Source: Alphaproteobacteria bacterium
Lineage (GTDB): Bacteria > Pseudomonadota > Alphaproteobacteria > JACAEB01
DNA: 64,000 bases
Direction of reading: 5' to 3'
Assembly: GCA_024236075.1 (NCBI GenBank)
Contig: JACKLE010000001.1
Coordinates: 450,440 to 514,439 of the forward strand
In this document: positions 31,982 through 40,986 of the stretch, piece by piece
Layout of the letters: the number at the start of each line of letters is the position of its first letter
How positions within the stretch are numbered: the first letter of the stretch is position 1
The notes under the pieces: model-generated
Told to the model about the DNA's origin: nothing
Databases searched by the model: none
Seen by the model: only the letters and a program-made list of their open reading frames with translations
Position numbers and translations under genes: made by a program

Positions 31982-33511
31982 ATGGGCCTGTCGCAGAAGC
32001 TCGAGCTCCGGCAAGGCCAGTCCCTTGTCATGACCCCCCAGCTGCAGCAGGCGATCAAGCTGCTGCAGCTTTCCAATCTCGAGCTCTCCGCCTATGTCGA
32101 GCAGGAACTCGAGCGAAATCCCTTTCTCGACCGCGACGACAGCGAAACCCGTGGCGAAGGCGATGCCGGGGAAGGCGAGGCGCGGGCTTCGGCCGGGGAC
32201 GTCGCGCCGCTCGACGAGCATCTCAAGGCCGAGGCTCCTCCGAGCGAGCATGGCGGCGATCTCGATACGGACTTTGACAATGTCTACGCCGACCGCTCGA
32301 AAGCCGATCGGGAGGCGGAAGAGGCGGCGCACCGCCAGGCGCTGGCGATCGACTGGTCGAACGCGCGCGGCGGCTCCTCGCGCTTCGACGACGAGGGGCG
32401 CGATCTCGAAGGCTCGCTCCACGAGAGCCTGACGCTGCGCGAACATCTCGCGAGCCAGATCGGCCTCGCCTTCACCGACGCGGCGGAGCGCCTCGTCGCC
32501 TCCTTCCTGGTCGACATGGTGGACGAGGCGGGCTATCTGCGCGCCGACATGGCCGAGATCGCAGACCGGCTGGGCGTCGAGCGGGCGGGCGTCGAATCGA
32601 TTCTCGCGCGCCTTCAGAAGTTCGAGCCCACCGGCGTGTGCGCCCGCTCGCTCGCCGAGTGCATGCGCCTGCAGCTTCAGGAGCGCAATCGCTGCGACCC
32701 GGCCATGGCGGCGCTGCTCGAGCACCTCGATCTCGTCGCGCGGCGCGACATTGCGGGCCTCACGCGGATCTGCGGCGTCGACGCCGAGGACGTCGTCGAC
32801 ATGATCGAGGAGCTGAAGCGCCTCAACCCCAAGCCCGGCCTCGTCTTCGGCCACGAGCCCGTGCAGCCCGTCGTGCCCGACGTCTTCGTGCGCGAGGGGC
32901 CCGAAGGCGGCTGGATTGTCGAATTGAACACGGAAACCTTGCCGCGGGTCCTTGTTAACCAGCGGTACTATGCCGAAGTGAATAAGCACTCGAAGTCGCG
33001 GGACGACCGATCCTACGTGTCCGAATGTTTCACGAACGCCAACTGGCTAGTGCGAAGCCTGGAGCAGCGGGCGACGACGATCCTCAAGGTCGCGACCGAG
33101 ATCGTGCGCCAGCAGGACGGCTTCCTGGTGCACGGGGTCCAGCACCTGCGCCCGCTGAACCTCAGGACGGTCGCGGAGGCCATCTCGATGCACGAATCGA
33201 CGGTGAGCCGCGTCACGGCGAACAAATACCTCGCGACCAAGCGCGGCATCTTCGAGCTGAAATATTTCTTCACCTCGGCCATCGCCTCGGCGGTCGGCGG
33301 AGAGGCGCATTCGGCCGAGGCCGTGCGTCACCGCATCAAGGACCTCATCGAGAACGAATCGCCGCGGGACATTCTCTCGGACGACCGAATCGTGGCGATT
33401 CTGAAGGGTTCAGGCGTCGATATTGCGCGGCGCACCGTTGCCAAGTATCGGGAGGCGCTGCGCATCCCGTCCTCCGTGCAGCGCAGACGCATGAAGATGA
33501 TGTCGGCGTGA
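31982..33511 (+). CDS. rpoN: RNA polymerase sigma-54 factor
   Basis: N-terminal Gln/Leu-rich region (LVMTPQLQQAIKLLQLSNLEL) and the C-terminal RpoN box (ARRTVAKYREALRIPSS). Confidence 0.97.
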   Translation: MGLSQKLELRQGQSLVMTPQLQQAIKLLQLSNLELSAYVEQELERNPFLDRDDSETRGEGDAGEGEARASAGDVAPLDEHLKAEAPPSEHGGDLDTDFDNVYADRSKADREAEEAAHRQALAIDWSNARGGSSRFDDEGRDLEGSLHESLTLREHLASQIGLAFTDAAERLVASFLVDMVDEAGYLRADMAEIADRLGVERAGVESILARLQKFEPTGVCARSLAECMRLQLQERNRCDPAMAALLEHLDLVARRDIAGLTRICGVDAEDVVDMIEELKRLNPKPGLVFGHEPVQPVVPDVFVREGPEGGWIVELNTETLPRVLVNQRYYAEVNKHSKSRDDRSYVSECFTNANWLVRSLEQRATTILKVATEIVRQQDGFLVHGVQHLRPLNLRTVAEAISMHESTVSRVTANKYLATKRGIFELKYFFTSAIASAVGGEAHSAEAVRHRIKDLIENESPRDILSDDRIVAILKGSGVDIARRTVAKYREALRIPSSVQRRRMKMMSA

Positions 33512-33560
33512 GGGGGAGCCGGCTCGCCGGGGAGGGCGCGACGCCATGAAAGGAACGGCC

Positions 33561-34142
33561 ATGCGAATCCAGGTCAACGGCAAGCACGTCGATGTTGGGG
33601 ACGCCCTGCGGGCTCACGTGAGCGACCGCCTCGCCTCGGCCGTGGCGAAGTATTACGACCGTCCCGTTGACGCCCACGTCACCGTCGCCCGCGATGCGAG
33701 CGAGTTCAAGGTCGACTGCTTTGTGCATCTGTCCACGGGCATGACGCTGCAGGGCCACGCGCGCTCGGCGGAGCCCTATCCGGCGGTCGATCAGGCTGTG
33801 GAACGCCTCGAAAAGCGCTTGCGGCGCTACAAGCGCCGCCTTAAGGACCACCACAATCATCGGGCCGAGCCCATTTCCGCGACCGCGGCCGCGTCCTATG
33901 TCCTTGCGGGCGACCTCGACGAGGCGGACGAGGAGCCGGAGGGTCTCAATCCTGTCGTGATTGCGGAGGATACAACGCGGGTTCCGTCGCTCACGGTCGG
34001 CGAGGCCGTGATGCAGCTGGACTTTCTGGAGCAGCCGGCACTGCTGTTCCGCAATACGGCACATGGGGGGCTGAACGTCGTCTATCGCCGCTCGGACGGT
34101 CATGTCGGGTGGATCGATCCGCAGGGATCGGGCGCCGCTTGA
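33561..34142 (+). CDS. hpf: Ribosome hibernation-promoting factor (long HPF)
   Basis: MRIQVNGKHVDVGDALR is a typical HPF/YfiA N-terminus. AAGGAA lies 5 nt upstream of ATG 33561, and the long C-terminal dimerisation extension is present. Confidence 0.85.
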   Translation: MRIQVNGKHVDVGDALRAHVSDRLASAVAKYYDRPVDAHVTVARDASEFKVDCFVHLSTGMTLQGHARSAEPYPAVDQAVERLEKRLRRYKRRLKDHHNHRAEPISATAAASYVLAGDLDEADEEPEGLNPVVIAEDTTRVPSLTVGEAVMQLDFLEQPALLFRNTAHGGLNVVYRRSDGHVGWIDPQGSGAA

Positions 34143-34263
34143 TCCATTTGAACGCTTCGGCGGGGGAAGACGGCATATCGTTGCGCAAGCCACGCCACGC
34201 AAAGTGGCCGTGATGTTGCTTTGGGGAGTCGAAGGGCCGCTCACCCGCCCTTTGGAGTAAGCG

Positions 34264-34728
34264 ATGGATTTGTCCGATCTCGTCAGCCCGGAAGCCGTCT
34301 TCGGCGGTCTCAAGGTCACGAGCAAGAAGCAGGCGCTCCAGGAGCTCGCCGCCCGCGCTGCCGCGGTGACGGGGGTCGAGGAGCGCGAAATCTTCGAGGT
34401 GCTCCTCGAGCGCGAGCGGCTCGGCTCGACCGGCGTCGGCGACGGGGTCGCCATACCGCACGGCAAGCTCAAGGGCCTCGAGCGCCTTTACGGCGTCTTC
34501 GCCCGGCTCGACCGGCCGATCCCCTTCGATTCGATCGACGACGAGCCCGTCGACCTCGTCTTCGTGCTCCTCGTGCCGGCGGAGGCGGGCGCGGAGCACC
34601 TGAAGGCGCTCGCGCGCGTCTCGCGGCTCTTCCGTTCCAGGGAGATGCGGGAGAGGCTGCGGGCGGCGGAGGCCCCCGAGGCGCTCTATGCGCTGCTCGT
34701 CGAGCCCCAGGCCTCGCACGCCGCCTGA
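34264..34728 (+). CDS. ptsN: PTS IIA-like nitrogen regulatory protein
   Basis: EIIA-Ntr fold with the phospho-His motif (GVGDGVAIPHGKL). It occupies the conserved position after rpoN-hpf. Confidence 0.88.
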   Translation: MDLSDLVSPEAVFGGLKVTSKKQALQELAARAAAVTGVEEREIFEVLLERERLGSTGVGDGVAIPHGKLKGLERLYGVFARLDRPIPFDSIDDEPVDLVFVLLVPAEAGAEHLKALARVSRLFRSREMRERLRAAEAPEALYALLVEPQASHAA

Positions 34729-34743
34729 GCTAGCCCTCGCGGC

Positions 34744-35022
34744 TCAGTGGACGCTGACGGGCTCCATCTCGTACTGGCGCGCCGCCGCAAAGGCGGTCGC
34801 CCGGTCCTCGACCACGGCCATGGGCGTGCCGTCGGCCGCATGCACGGCATAGAGCACCGTATCGCCGGCCAGCTCGCCTATTCCCTGGACCTTGCCTTCG
34901 AGCTCGCGCGCCGTGACGGGCCGGACGTAGACGATCTTCTCGTCCGTCCCGAGGCGCGCCAGCGCCTCCGGCGTCATGGCCGGGCCTTGCGCCCGAGCCG
35001 TCTCCGTCTTTTCCGAAACCAT
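34744..35022 (-). CDS. DUF1150-family protein
   Basis: 92 aa (…IVYVRPVTARE…LYAVHAADGTPMAVVEDRATAFAAARQYEMEPVSVH). This family is typically found downstream of hsp20 in Rhizobiales. Confidence 0.7.
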   Translation of the reverse strand: MVSEKTETARAQGPAMTPEALARLGTDEKIVYVRPVTARELEGKVQGIGELAGDTVLYAVHAADGTPMAVVEDRATAFAAARQYEMEPVSVH

Positions 35023-35135
35023 GTCTCTACTCCTTCACGTCCCGGTCCGGTCCGCCATGGGCCCCGGAACCGCCTTCTTGGCGCCCGCTGAAGAACCGGC
35101 GGGCCCTCGGCTTGGGTCGATGCGCACGGCGCGCG

Positions 35136-35621
35136 TCATTTGCCTCCGCGGCCGGTATCGATCGCGAGCGCCGCGCCGTTGCCCTTTCGCGCCCCTTCCG
35201 CCCGTGCCTCGCCGTCCATGATGTCAACCCTGCGGACGCTTTCGGTCGGGCGGGGGCGCCTCAGATCGATCGACAGCAGCCCGTCGGCGAGCTCCGCGCC
35301 GGCGATCTCGATTCCGTCGGCGAGCACGAAGGCCCGCTGGAACTGGCGCGCCGCGATTCCGCGATGGAGGTAGGTTCGCGGCGCCTCGTCCTCGGCGCGC
35401 CGGCCGCGCACGACGAGCTGGTTGTCCTCGACCGTGACGCTGAGATCGCCCCGCTTGAAGCCCGCTACGGCGAGCGTGATGCGCAGGCGGTCGCCGTCGA
35501 CCTGCTCGATATTGTAGGGCGGATAGCCGTCCGAGCTCGCCTTGCTCACCCGGTCGAGCACGCGCTCGAGATCCTCGAAGCCGAGGAGGAGGGGACTGTT
35601 GAACAGAGGCGGTGTCGTCAT
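35136..35621 (-). CDS. Small heat-shock protein (Hsp20/alpha-crystallin family)
   Basis: Start reset to MTTPPLFNSP (ATG 35619-35621). Alpha-crystallin domain (YPPYNIEQVDGDRLRITLAVAGF...LVVRG...RQFQRAFVLADGIEI..AELADGLLSIDL). Confidence 0.9.
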   Translation of the reverse strand: MTTPPLFNSPLLLGFEDLERVLDRVSKASSDGYPPYNIEQVDGDRLRITLAVAGFKRGDLSVTVEDNQLVVRGRRAEDEAPRTYLHRGIAARQFQRAFVLADGIEIAGAELADGLLSIDLRRPRPTESVRRVDIMDGEARAEGARKGNGAALAIDTGRGGK

Positions 35622-35754
35622 GGCAAAGCCCTCTTTCAAGCGACTTCTCAAGGCCTCTCCGCGTGACGCCCGAGGGGCCTTCCTTGCCTTCGCGCCGGCC
35701 CGTCCTCGCGGCGCCGACAGGGGATAGATGGGCCCGGTACGGGCCGTGAACAAG
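35622..35754 (-). promoter_or_regulatory. Sigma32-type promoter plus ROSE-like 5' leader of hsp20
   Basis: On the minus strand, CTTGTTC (35754-35748), a 14-nt spacer, then GCCCATCT (35733-35726), compared with the E. coli-type consensus CTTGAAA-N13-17-CCCCATNT. The leader would be about 95 nt. The hairpin AAGUC(G)CU-UGAAAG-AGGGCUU (35646-35626) would sequester the SD, with a bulged G and a UCGCU motif as in ROSE thermometers. Confidence 0.45.
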
Positions 35755-35881
35755 GGCTTGTCTGCCCGGCGCGGTCCATCCACCAGGGGCTGCCCGCGTC
35801 CGGCGGGAGCTTGTTCTCGACCCCGTCCTCTGCGCATCTAAGGGCCCCGCGCGGGGAGGGCCGGGGCCCTCGACCCGGCTC

Positions 35882-36781
35882 TTGGGGCCAGCCATCGTGA
35901 GGGTGATGCGCTTCCACATTCACCATCCGGTCGCCCAGACCGGGCTTGCGCTAATTCTCCTCGTCTCGGCGCTCGCCCTGGCGGCAAGTCCCGCCATGGG
36001 ACGCAGCGCCGGCCTCTGGGTCCTCTCCGTCTTCGCCTGCGTGAACCCCCTTCTCGGCTACTATGCCGTGCATTGGTGGCGATACACGCTCGTGTCCGTG
36101 GCGGGGCTGGCCGCGCTTTCCTTCGCCCATGCGGCGGTCGTGGGGCTGCTCGGCGGCGGACTTGCCGGAGGGGCACAGGCAGCGCTCCTCTCGCTGCGCG
36201 TGCCGCTTCTCGTCTATGCCTGCGCGGTCGCGGTCACCGGCGCGGCCCGCTTTGCGGCCATCGCCGTTCGGCCGCGCCGCGGACGCGACGGGGCCGTGCT
36301 CGAGACACTCGTGCCCGAGCCCGTGCTCTATTCGGGCATGGTCGTCCTCGGTCTCGTCATCGGCTCGGCGAGCTTCCTCGGCGCCTATCGCGTCACGGGC
36401 GCCCTGAGTGCGCGCGGCGAGGTGGGGCAAGGCGACGCCCTGGAGCGCACGGCGCTCGTGCAGCTCGTGGGAGAGGGCAAGGTCGGCGGGCGTCGCCTCG
36501 CGCTCGGCGCGACCAACGCGACGCCCTACGTCATCACCGAGATCACCATTCTCGTGAAGCCCGCCGAGGAACGGCCGCTTCCCGCGCCGCTGACAGTGAC
36601 GCGCGACTTTTCCGAGGACCCCTGGATGCCGGGCGCGCGTCTGGACGACACTCTGGTGCTTCCCCCGGCCTGGGAGGGGCTTTCCGTCACCTGGTCGGTC
36701 GAGAGCGCCCAGGGCGCTCCCGCCCGCACGCCGGGCCGCATCGACGTCAAGACCGGGGCGCCGCCCGCGCCCGGGCGCTGA
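35882..36781 (+). CDS. Hypothetical polytopic membrane protein with C-terminal soluble domain
   Basis: 299 aa. About six hydrophobic helices in the first ~200 aa, then a beta-rich tail. No family recognised. Confidence 0.55.
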   Translation: MGPAIVRVMRFHIHHPVAQTGLALILLVSALALAASPAMGRSAGLWVLSVFACVNPLLGYYAVHWWRYTLVSVAGLAALSFAHAAVVGLLGGGLAGGAQAALLSLRVPLLVYACAVAVTGAARFAAIAVRPRRGRDGAVLETLVPEPVLYSGMVVLGLVIGSASFLGAYRVTGALSARGEVGQGDALERTALVQLVGEGKVGGRRLALGATNATPYVITEITILVKPAEERPLPAPLTVTRDFSEDPWMPGARLDDTLVLPPAWEGLSVTWSVESAQGAPARTPGRIDVKTGAPPAPGR

Positions 36782-36798
36782 AGCGAGGAGCAATTTCG

Positions 36799-37092
36799 GT
36801 GACCGAGACCAAGCTCACGGCCAATCTGCCCGACATGACCATCGAGCTCTCCCATCGCGCGCTTGCCGACGGCAAGGGCGAGGAGCTCACGCTCGTCGTG
36901 ACGGCGCTCGAGGGGTTCGCCGTTCCGGCCCTCGCCTGGCCGATAATGCAGGCCCTGCCGCCGCCCGGCGGGCGCCCGTTGCCGGCCTTCCTCGATCCCT
37001 GGAGCGCGTTCGCGCTGTGGCGCGGACTTGCCGAGGCGAGCCTGGCGCCCTGGCGGGCCTATTGGCGCGCGGCGCTCGGCCTCGGTCGGTGA
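36799..37092 (+). CDS. Small hypothetical protein (97 aa)
   Basis: GTG 36799 has GAGGAG 8 nt upstream. It is the in-frame C-terminal part of track ORF 36073..37092. No family recognised. Confidence 0.4.
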   Translation: MTETKLTANLPDMTIELSHRALADGKGEELTLVVTALEGFAVPALAWPIMQALPPPGGRPLPAFLDPWSAFALWRGLAEASLAPWRAYWRAALGLGR

Positions 37093-37252
37093 CCCGCCAC
37101 GCCTTGCGGCGGGGCTCGGGCATTCTCACAATATCTTGCGGCGGGCAGGCGATTTCGGCTGCTTCGCCCAAGCGAATCGGCGAGCTTGCGGTGCGCGGAC
37201 TCGCGGCTCGTCGCGGGGGCGGCCATGAGACGAACGCGCAAGGGGGTCATCG

Positions 37253-38461
37253 GTGCGGGCGGGTGCGCAAAGCCTTGAGAGCCCTGCGCTCGGCGTGCCC
37301 GACGGAGGGCAGCCGCGCTTGCCCTCGCTTCACACGCAGTCCCATGTCTTCCTCGTCGTCGCCATCGCCGGCGTGATGGCGCTGGCGCTCGCGCTGGCCT
37401 TCGGGCTCGGCTATGTGCGCGAGCTCGAGCGCGGGCTCCTCGATCCGCGCGCCGTGCCCAACGAAACCCTCGCCGCGCTCGATCGCGCCGAGCTCAGGCT
37501 CGGGCCGCCCGGCGCGCTCGGCCTCGTCCATCGCTTTCTCGCCGAATCCGATCCGGTGCTGCTCGACGAGCTCGATCAGGCGATCGGGTCCGGCCACGCA
37601 GCGCTTTCGCGTGCGATCGCCGTCGGCGGCGGCCTCATCGAGGATCCGGACGCGCTGCTATGGACCGAGCGCAGCCTCTCGGACGTGGCGAAGCGGCTGC
37701 GCCTCGGCGCCGATGTCGACGCCATGACGGCGAGCGTCTTCGCGGAGGCGGCCTATCGCAGCCTCGCGGCGGAGATCTCCCGCGTCGAGCGGCGCGAGAT
37801 GGCGCGGCGCATTCTGTCGCTGCACAAGGTCACGGTGTTTGGCCAGGCGCTCATCGCGGTCGCGCTCCTTTTCGTCGTGGGCATGGCGTTGGCCTTCGCG
37901 ACCATCCTGCGCAGATCCGTCCGTGAGCCGATGGATGCGCTGCTGCAGAGCCTCGTGGAGACGGATGCCGACGGCGCGAAGGGCAAGGTCTGGGGCCTCT
38001 CCCGCGACGACGAGTACGGAACGCTCGCGCGCGCGATCGCGCGCTATGCCCGCGACGGGGGCTCGGGCGCCGCCGAGGGGCCGGCGCAGGGCTCCGCCGT
38101 GCGCGACGCGCTGGCGCGGCTCGAGGCGCTTGCGGTCAAGGCGGCACCGCACGGCGAAGCGCAGGTTGCCGGGTCCGACGCGGCGGACCGTTCCGCCGGT
38201 CCCCTTCCCGCTATGCGCGACGCGGTGCGCCGCATCGACGCGCTGCAGGCTGAGATCGCGCGCGTCTCGTCGGGGATCGGCGAGATCGAGGCGGCCCTCG
38301 CGCCCAAGGAGGGCGAATCCTCCGGCGCGCAGGCCGCGCCCGTCGAGGCGGAGGCCGAGCGGGCCGTCGTCACGCTCATCGAGATCATCGAGAGCGCGAA
38401 CGGGCTCGCTGCCCGGCTCTCGGCGCTCGCGGACCACGAAACGACGCGCGCCGCCGGCTGA
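37253..38461 (+). CDS. Membrane protein with HAMP-like linker and Ala-rich coiled-coil tail, no recognisable output domain
   Basis: GTG 37253 has AGGGGG 6 nt upstream. Two TM helices flank a ~130-aa periplasmic segment. After TM2, RRSVREPMDALLQSL...SRDDEYGTLARAIARYAR follows the HAMP pattern (P in helix 1, DE-x-G-x-LA in helix 2). Confidence 0.6.
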   Translation: MRAGAQSLESPALGVPDGGQPRLPSLHTQSHVFLVVAIAGVMALALALAFGLGYVRELERGLLDPRAVPNETLAALDRAELRLGPPGALGLVHRFLAESDPVLLDELDQAIGSGHAALSRAIAVGGGLIEDPDALLWTERSLSDVAKRLRLGADVDAMTASVFAEAAYRSLAAEISRVERREMARRILSLHKVTVFGQALIAVALLFVVGMALAFATILRRSVREPMDALLQSLVETDADGAKGKVWGLSRDDEYGTLARAIARYARDGGSGAAEGPAQGSAVRDALARLEALAVKAAPHGEAQVAGSDAADRSAGPLPAMRDAVRRIDALQAEIARVSSGIGEIEAALAPKEGESSGAQAAPVEAEAERAVVTLIEIIESANGLAARLSALADHETTRAAG

Positions 38462-38585
38462 GCCCCGGCTTTGCGACCGCCTTCCGGAATCGACGCGTTT
38501 CGACCGGTTCTGGTCAATCCTCGTTAACCCTGCGGCCCTATACACGATGACGGACCCCGTCAACGTGAGGTGAGGAGCCGCGCCC

Positions 38586-39605
38586 ATGCGATCCGCGAGC
38601 CCGACAAAATCGGCCAGGCTGAGCCGCCTCACTGTCGCGCTGTGCCTCGCCATCGCCTTTGTCGGCACGGCGTGCAGCCATACGCCCGCCGAGGCCGCGC
38701 GCTTCGGCTCGACGCCCTCGTTCGGCGCGCCCGAGCCCAAGGCCAAGCCCTATCGCGTCAAGGTCGCCGCGGGCGACACGCTGTGGAGCCTCGCGCGCCG
38801 TCACGACGTCGCGCTGTCGACCCTTGCGAGCGCCAACGGCCTCACGGCGCCCTACGCGCTCAGGGCCGGCCAGACGCTCGAGATTCCCGCCCCGCCCTCG
38901 GTGCGCGTGCGCGAGGGCGAGACGCTCGACCAGATCGCCCGGGCCTATCGCGTCGACCGGGCCGAACTCGCCGAGCTCAATCGTCTGGGCAAGGACGGAA
39001 CCATCCGCTCCGGCCAGAGCCTGCTTCTGCCGGACGACGCCGCAAAGCGCCGGCTCGACGGCGTGGCGACCGCCCCGCGCGCCGTGGCCGCCGCGCCCAG
39101 TCCGGCCGCGAAGCCGGCGGCGAAGGCCGCGAAGAGGCAGTTCGAGCCCGCTCCCGCTCCGGCGCGCTATGTCTCCTCCTCGGGCCGCGTCCCGAGCGGC
39201 CAGGAGCGCCCTCTCGCTTGGCCGGTCGAGGGGCGCATCATCTCCACCTTCGGCGCGAAGGACGGCGGCCTCTACAATGACGGCATCAACATCGCCGTGG
39301 CCACCGGCACGCCCGTGAAGGCGGCCGAGGACGGCGTCGTCGTCTATCACGGCAACGAGCTCCGGGCCTTCGGCAACCTCGTCCTGCTCGAGCATCCCGG
39401 CGGGGTGATCACGGCCTATGCCCACAATTCGCGCCTCAAGGTGCGCAAGGGCGACAAGGTCGCGCGCGGCGACGTCATCGCCTATGCCGGCTCCAGCGGA
39501 ACGGTCGCCGAGCCCCAGCTCCACTTCGAGGTGCGCGAGGGGACGAAGGCCAAGGACCCGCTCACCTTCCTCTCGGCGCGGCGCATCCTGGTGTCGAGCC
39601 GCTAG
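38586..39605 (+). CDS. LysM-domain M23-family metallopeptidase lipoprotein (NlpD-like)
   Basis: Lipobox (AFVGTAC), two LysM repeats (YRVKVAAGDTLWSLARRH..., VRVREGETLDQIARAY...), and the M23 catalytic region (GINIAV..GTPVKAAEDGVV.., HNSRLKVRKGDKVARGDVIAYAGSSG...PQLHFEVR). Confidence 0.88.
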   Translation: MRSASPTKSARLSRLTVALCLAIAFVGTACSHTPAEAARFGSTPSFGAPEPKAKPYRVKVAAGDTLWSLARRHDVALSTLASANGLTAPYALRAGQTLEIPAPPSVRVREGETLDQIARAYRVDRAELAELNRLGKDGTIRSGQSLLLPDDAAKRRLDGVATAPRAVAAAPSPAAKPAAKAAKRQFEPAPAPARYVSSSGRVPSGQERPLAWPVEGRIISTFGAKDGGLYNDGINIAVATGTPVKAAEDGVVVYHGNELRAFGNLVLLEHPGGVITAYAHNSRLKVRKGDKVARGDVIAYAGSSGTVAEPQLHFEVREGTKAKDPLTFLSARRILVSSR

Positions 39606-40477
39606 AGCGCCTTGCCCTTCCGGCCCGCCAGATCCTGCAGGAACTGCCAGGCGACGCGGCCCGACCGCGCGCCGCGCGTCGCGGCCCATTCGATGGCCTC
39701 GGCCTGCCAGCCGTCGCGCGCGAGGCCGAGCCCGTAATAGGCGACATAGCCCTCGATCATGGCGAGGTAGTCGTCCTGCGCGCAGGCATGGAAGCCGAGC
39801 CAGAGGCCGAAGCGGTCCGACAGCGAGACCTTCTCCTCCACCGCCTCGGATGGATTGATGGCGGTCGAGCGCTCGTTCTCCATCATGTCGCGGGGCATGA
39901 GGTGGCGCCGGTTCGACGTCGCGTAGAAGAGGACGTTCGCCGGTCGGCCGCCGAGCCCGCCCTCGAGCACCGCCTTGAGCGATTTGTAGCTCGTGTCGTC
40001 GCGGTCGAAGGAAAGGTCGTCGCAGAAGAGGAGGCAGCGCCGGTCCGTCTCCCGGGCGAGGGCCATCAGGCGCGGCAGGCTTCCTATGTCCTCGCGGTGG
40101 ATCTCGACTAGGGCCGGGCCGGGCGGCGCGACGCGGGCGGCCTCGGCATGCACGGCCTTGACGAGCGAGCTCTTGCCCATGCCGCGCGCGCCCCACAGGA
40201 GGGCGTTGTTCGCGGGCAGGCCCCTGGCGAAGCGCAGCGTGTTGTCGAGGAGGATGTCCCGGACGCGGTCTATTCCCTTGAGGAGCGCGAGCGGGACCCG
40301 CGAGACCGTCGGCACGGGCTCGAGCGCGAAGGCCTCCGCGTTCCAGACGAAGGCGTCCGCCGCGCCCCAGTCGGGCGGGGCGGGGTCCTTCGGCGCGAGG
40401 CGCTCGAGGGCCTCGGCGATCCGAGCGAGAAGCGCCAGGCGCTCTTCCTCGGCCTTGGGTCGGGTGGGCGTGCTCAT
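39602..40477 (-). CDS. ATP-binding protein, DUF815 (AAA-like) family
   Basis: Start reset to MSTPTRPK (ATG 40475-40477). Walker A (LWGARGMGKSSLVKA) and Walker B-like (LLFCDDLSF). Confidence 0.8.
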   Translation of the reverse strand: MSTPTRPKAEEERLALLARIAEALERLAPKDPAPPDWGAADAFVWNAEAFALEPVPTVSRVPLALLKGIDRVRDILLDNTLRFARGLPANNALLWGARGMGKSSLVKAVHAEAARVAPPGPALVEIHREDIGSLPRLMALARETDRRCLLFCDDLSFDRDDTSYKSLKAVLEGGLGGRPANVLFYATSNRRHLMPRDMMENERSTAINPSEAVEEKVSLSDRFGLWLGFHACAQDDYLAMIEGYVAYYGLGLARDGWQAEAIEWAATRGARSGRVAWQFLQDLAGRKGKAL

Positions 40478-40557
40478 GGCCGGCGGTATTGGCACGAGAG
40501 GGCCGAAAGGGTCAATTCGGCGGCGCGCCGTGCCCGAGGGGCCGAAACGTCCCGCGT

Positions 40558-40585
40558 TTGCAATCCCTTGGGGCGCCGCTATAGT
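40558..40585 (+). promoter_or_regulatory. Sigma70-type promoter candidate for yajC-secDF
   Basis: TTGCAA (40558-40563), a 16-nt spacer, then TATAGT (40580-40585), about 70 nt upstream of yajC. Confidence 0.5.
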
Positions 40586-40656
40586 CGCCGCGCCGAACGG
40601 GACGGCCCCCAAACCGGGCCGAACGACCGCCCGACGCCGGAGGAGCGCCAGCGCCG

Positions 40657-40944
40657 ATGAACGAGAACATCAGCTTTTTCGTGATGATGGCGGCGATCTT
40701 CGCCATCTTCTATTTCATGATCATCCGCCCTCAGAACAAGCGGATGAAAGACCATCGCGACATGGTCGCGAATCTGCGGCGCGGCGACACGGTGGTCTTC
40801 TCCGGCGGCCTCATCGGCAAGATCAAGAAGGTCATGGAGAACGACGAGGCGATCGTCGAGGTCGCGGACGGCGTCCAGCTCAAGATCGTCAAGCAGTCGG
40901 TGACCGAGGTCCGCGCCAAATCCGAGCCGAGCGCGGATCAGTAG
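40657..40944 (+). CDS. yajC: Preprotein translocase subunit YajC
   Basis: 95 aa with a single TM helix and the motif FYFMIIRPQNKRMKDHRDMV..L..GD.V...GG..G.I. Confidence 0.92.
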   Translation: MNENISFFVMMAAIFAIFYFMIIRPQNKRMKDHRDMVANLRRGDTVVFSGGLIGKIKKVMENDEAIVEVADGVQLKIVKQSVTEVRAKSEPSADQ

Positions 40945-40986
40945 GCGTAACTTTCGCCCGCACGGGCCCTCACGCGAACGCCGGAC

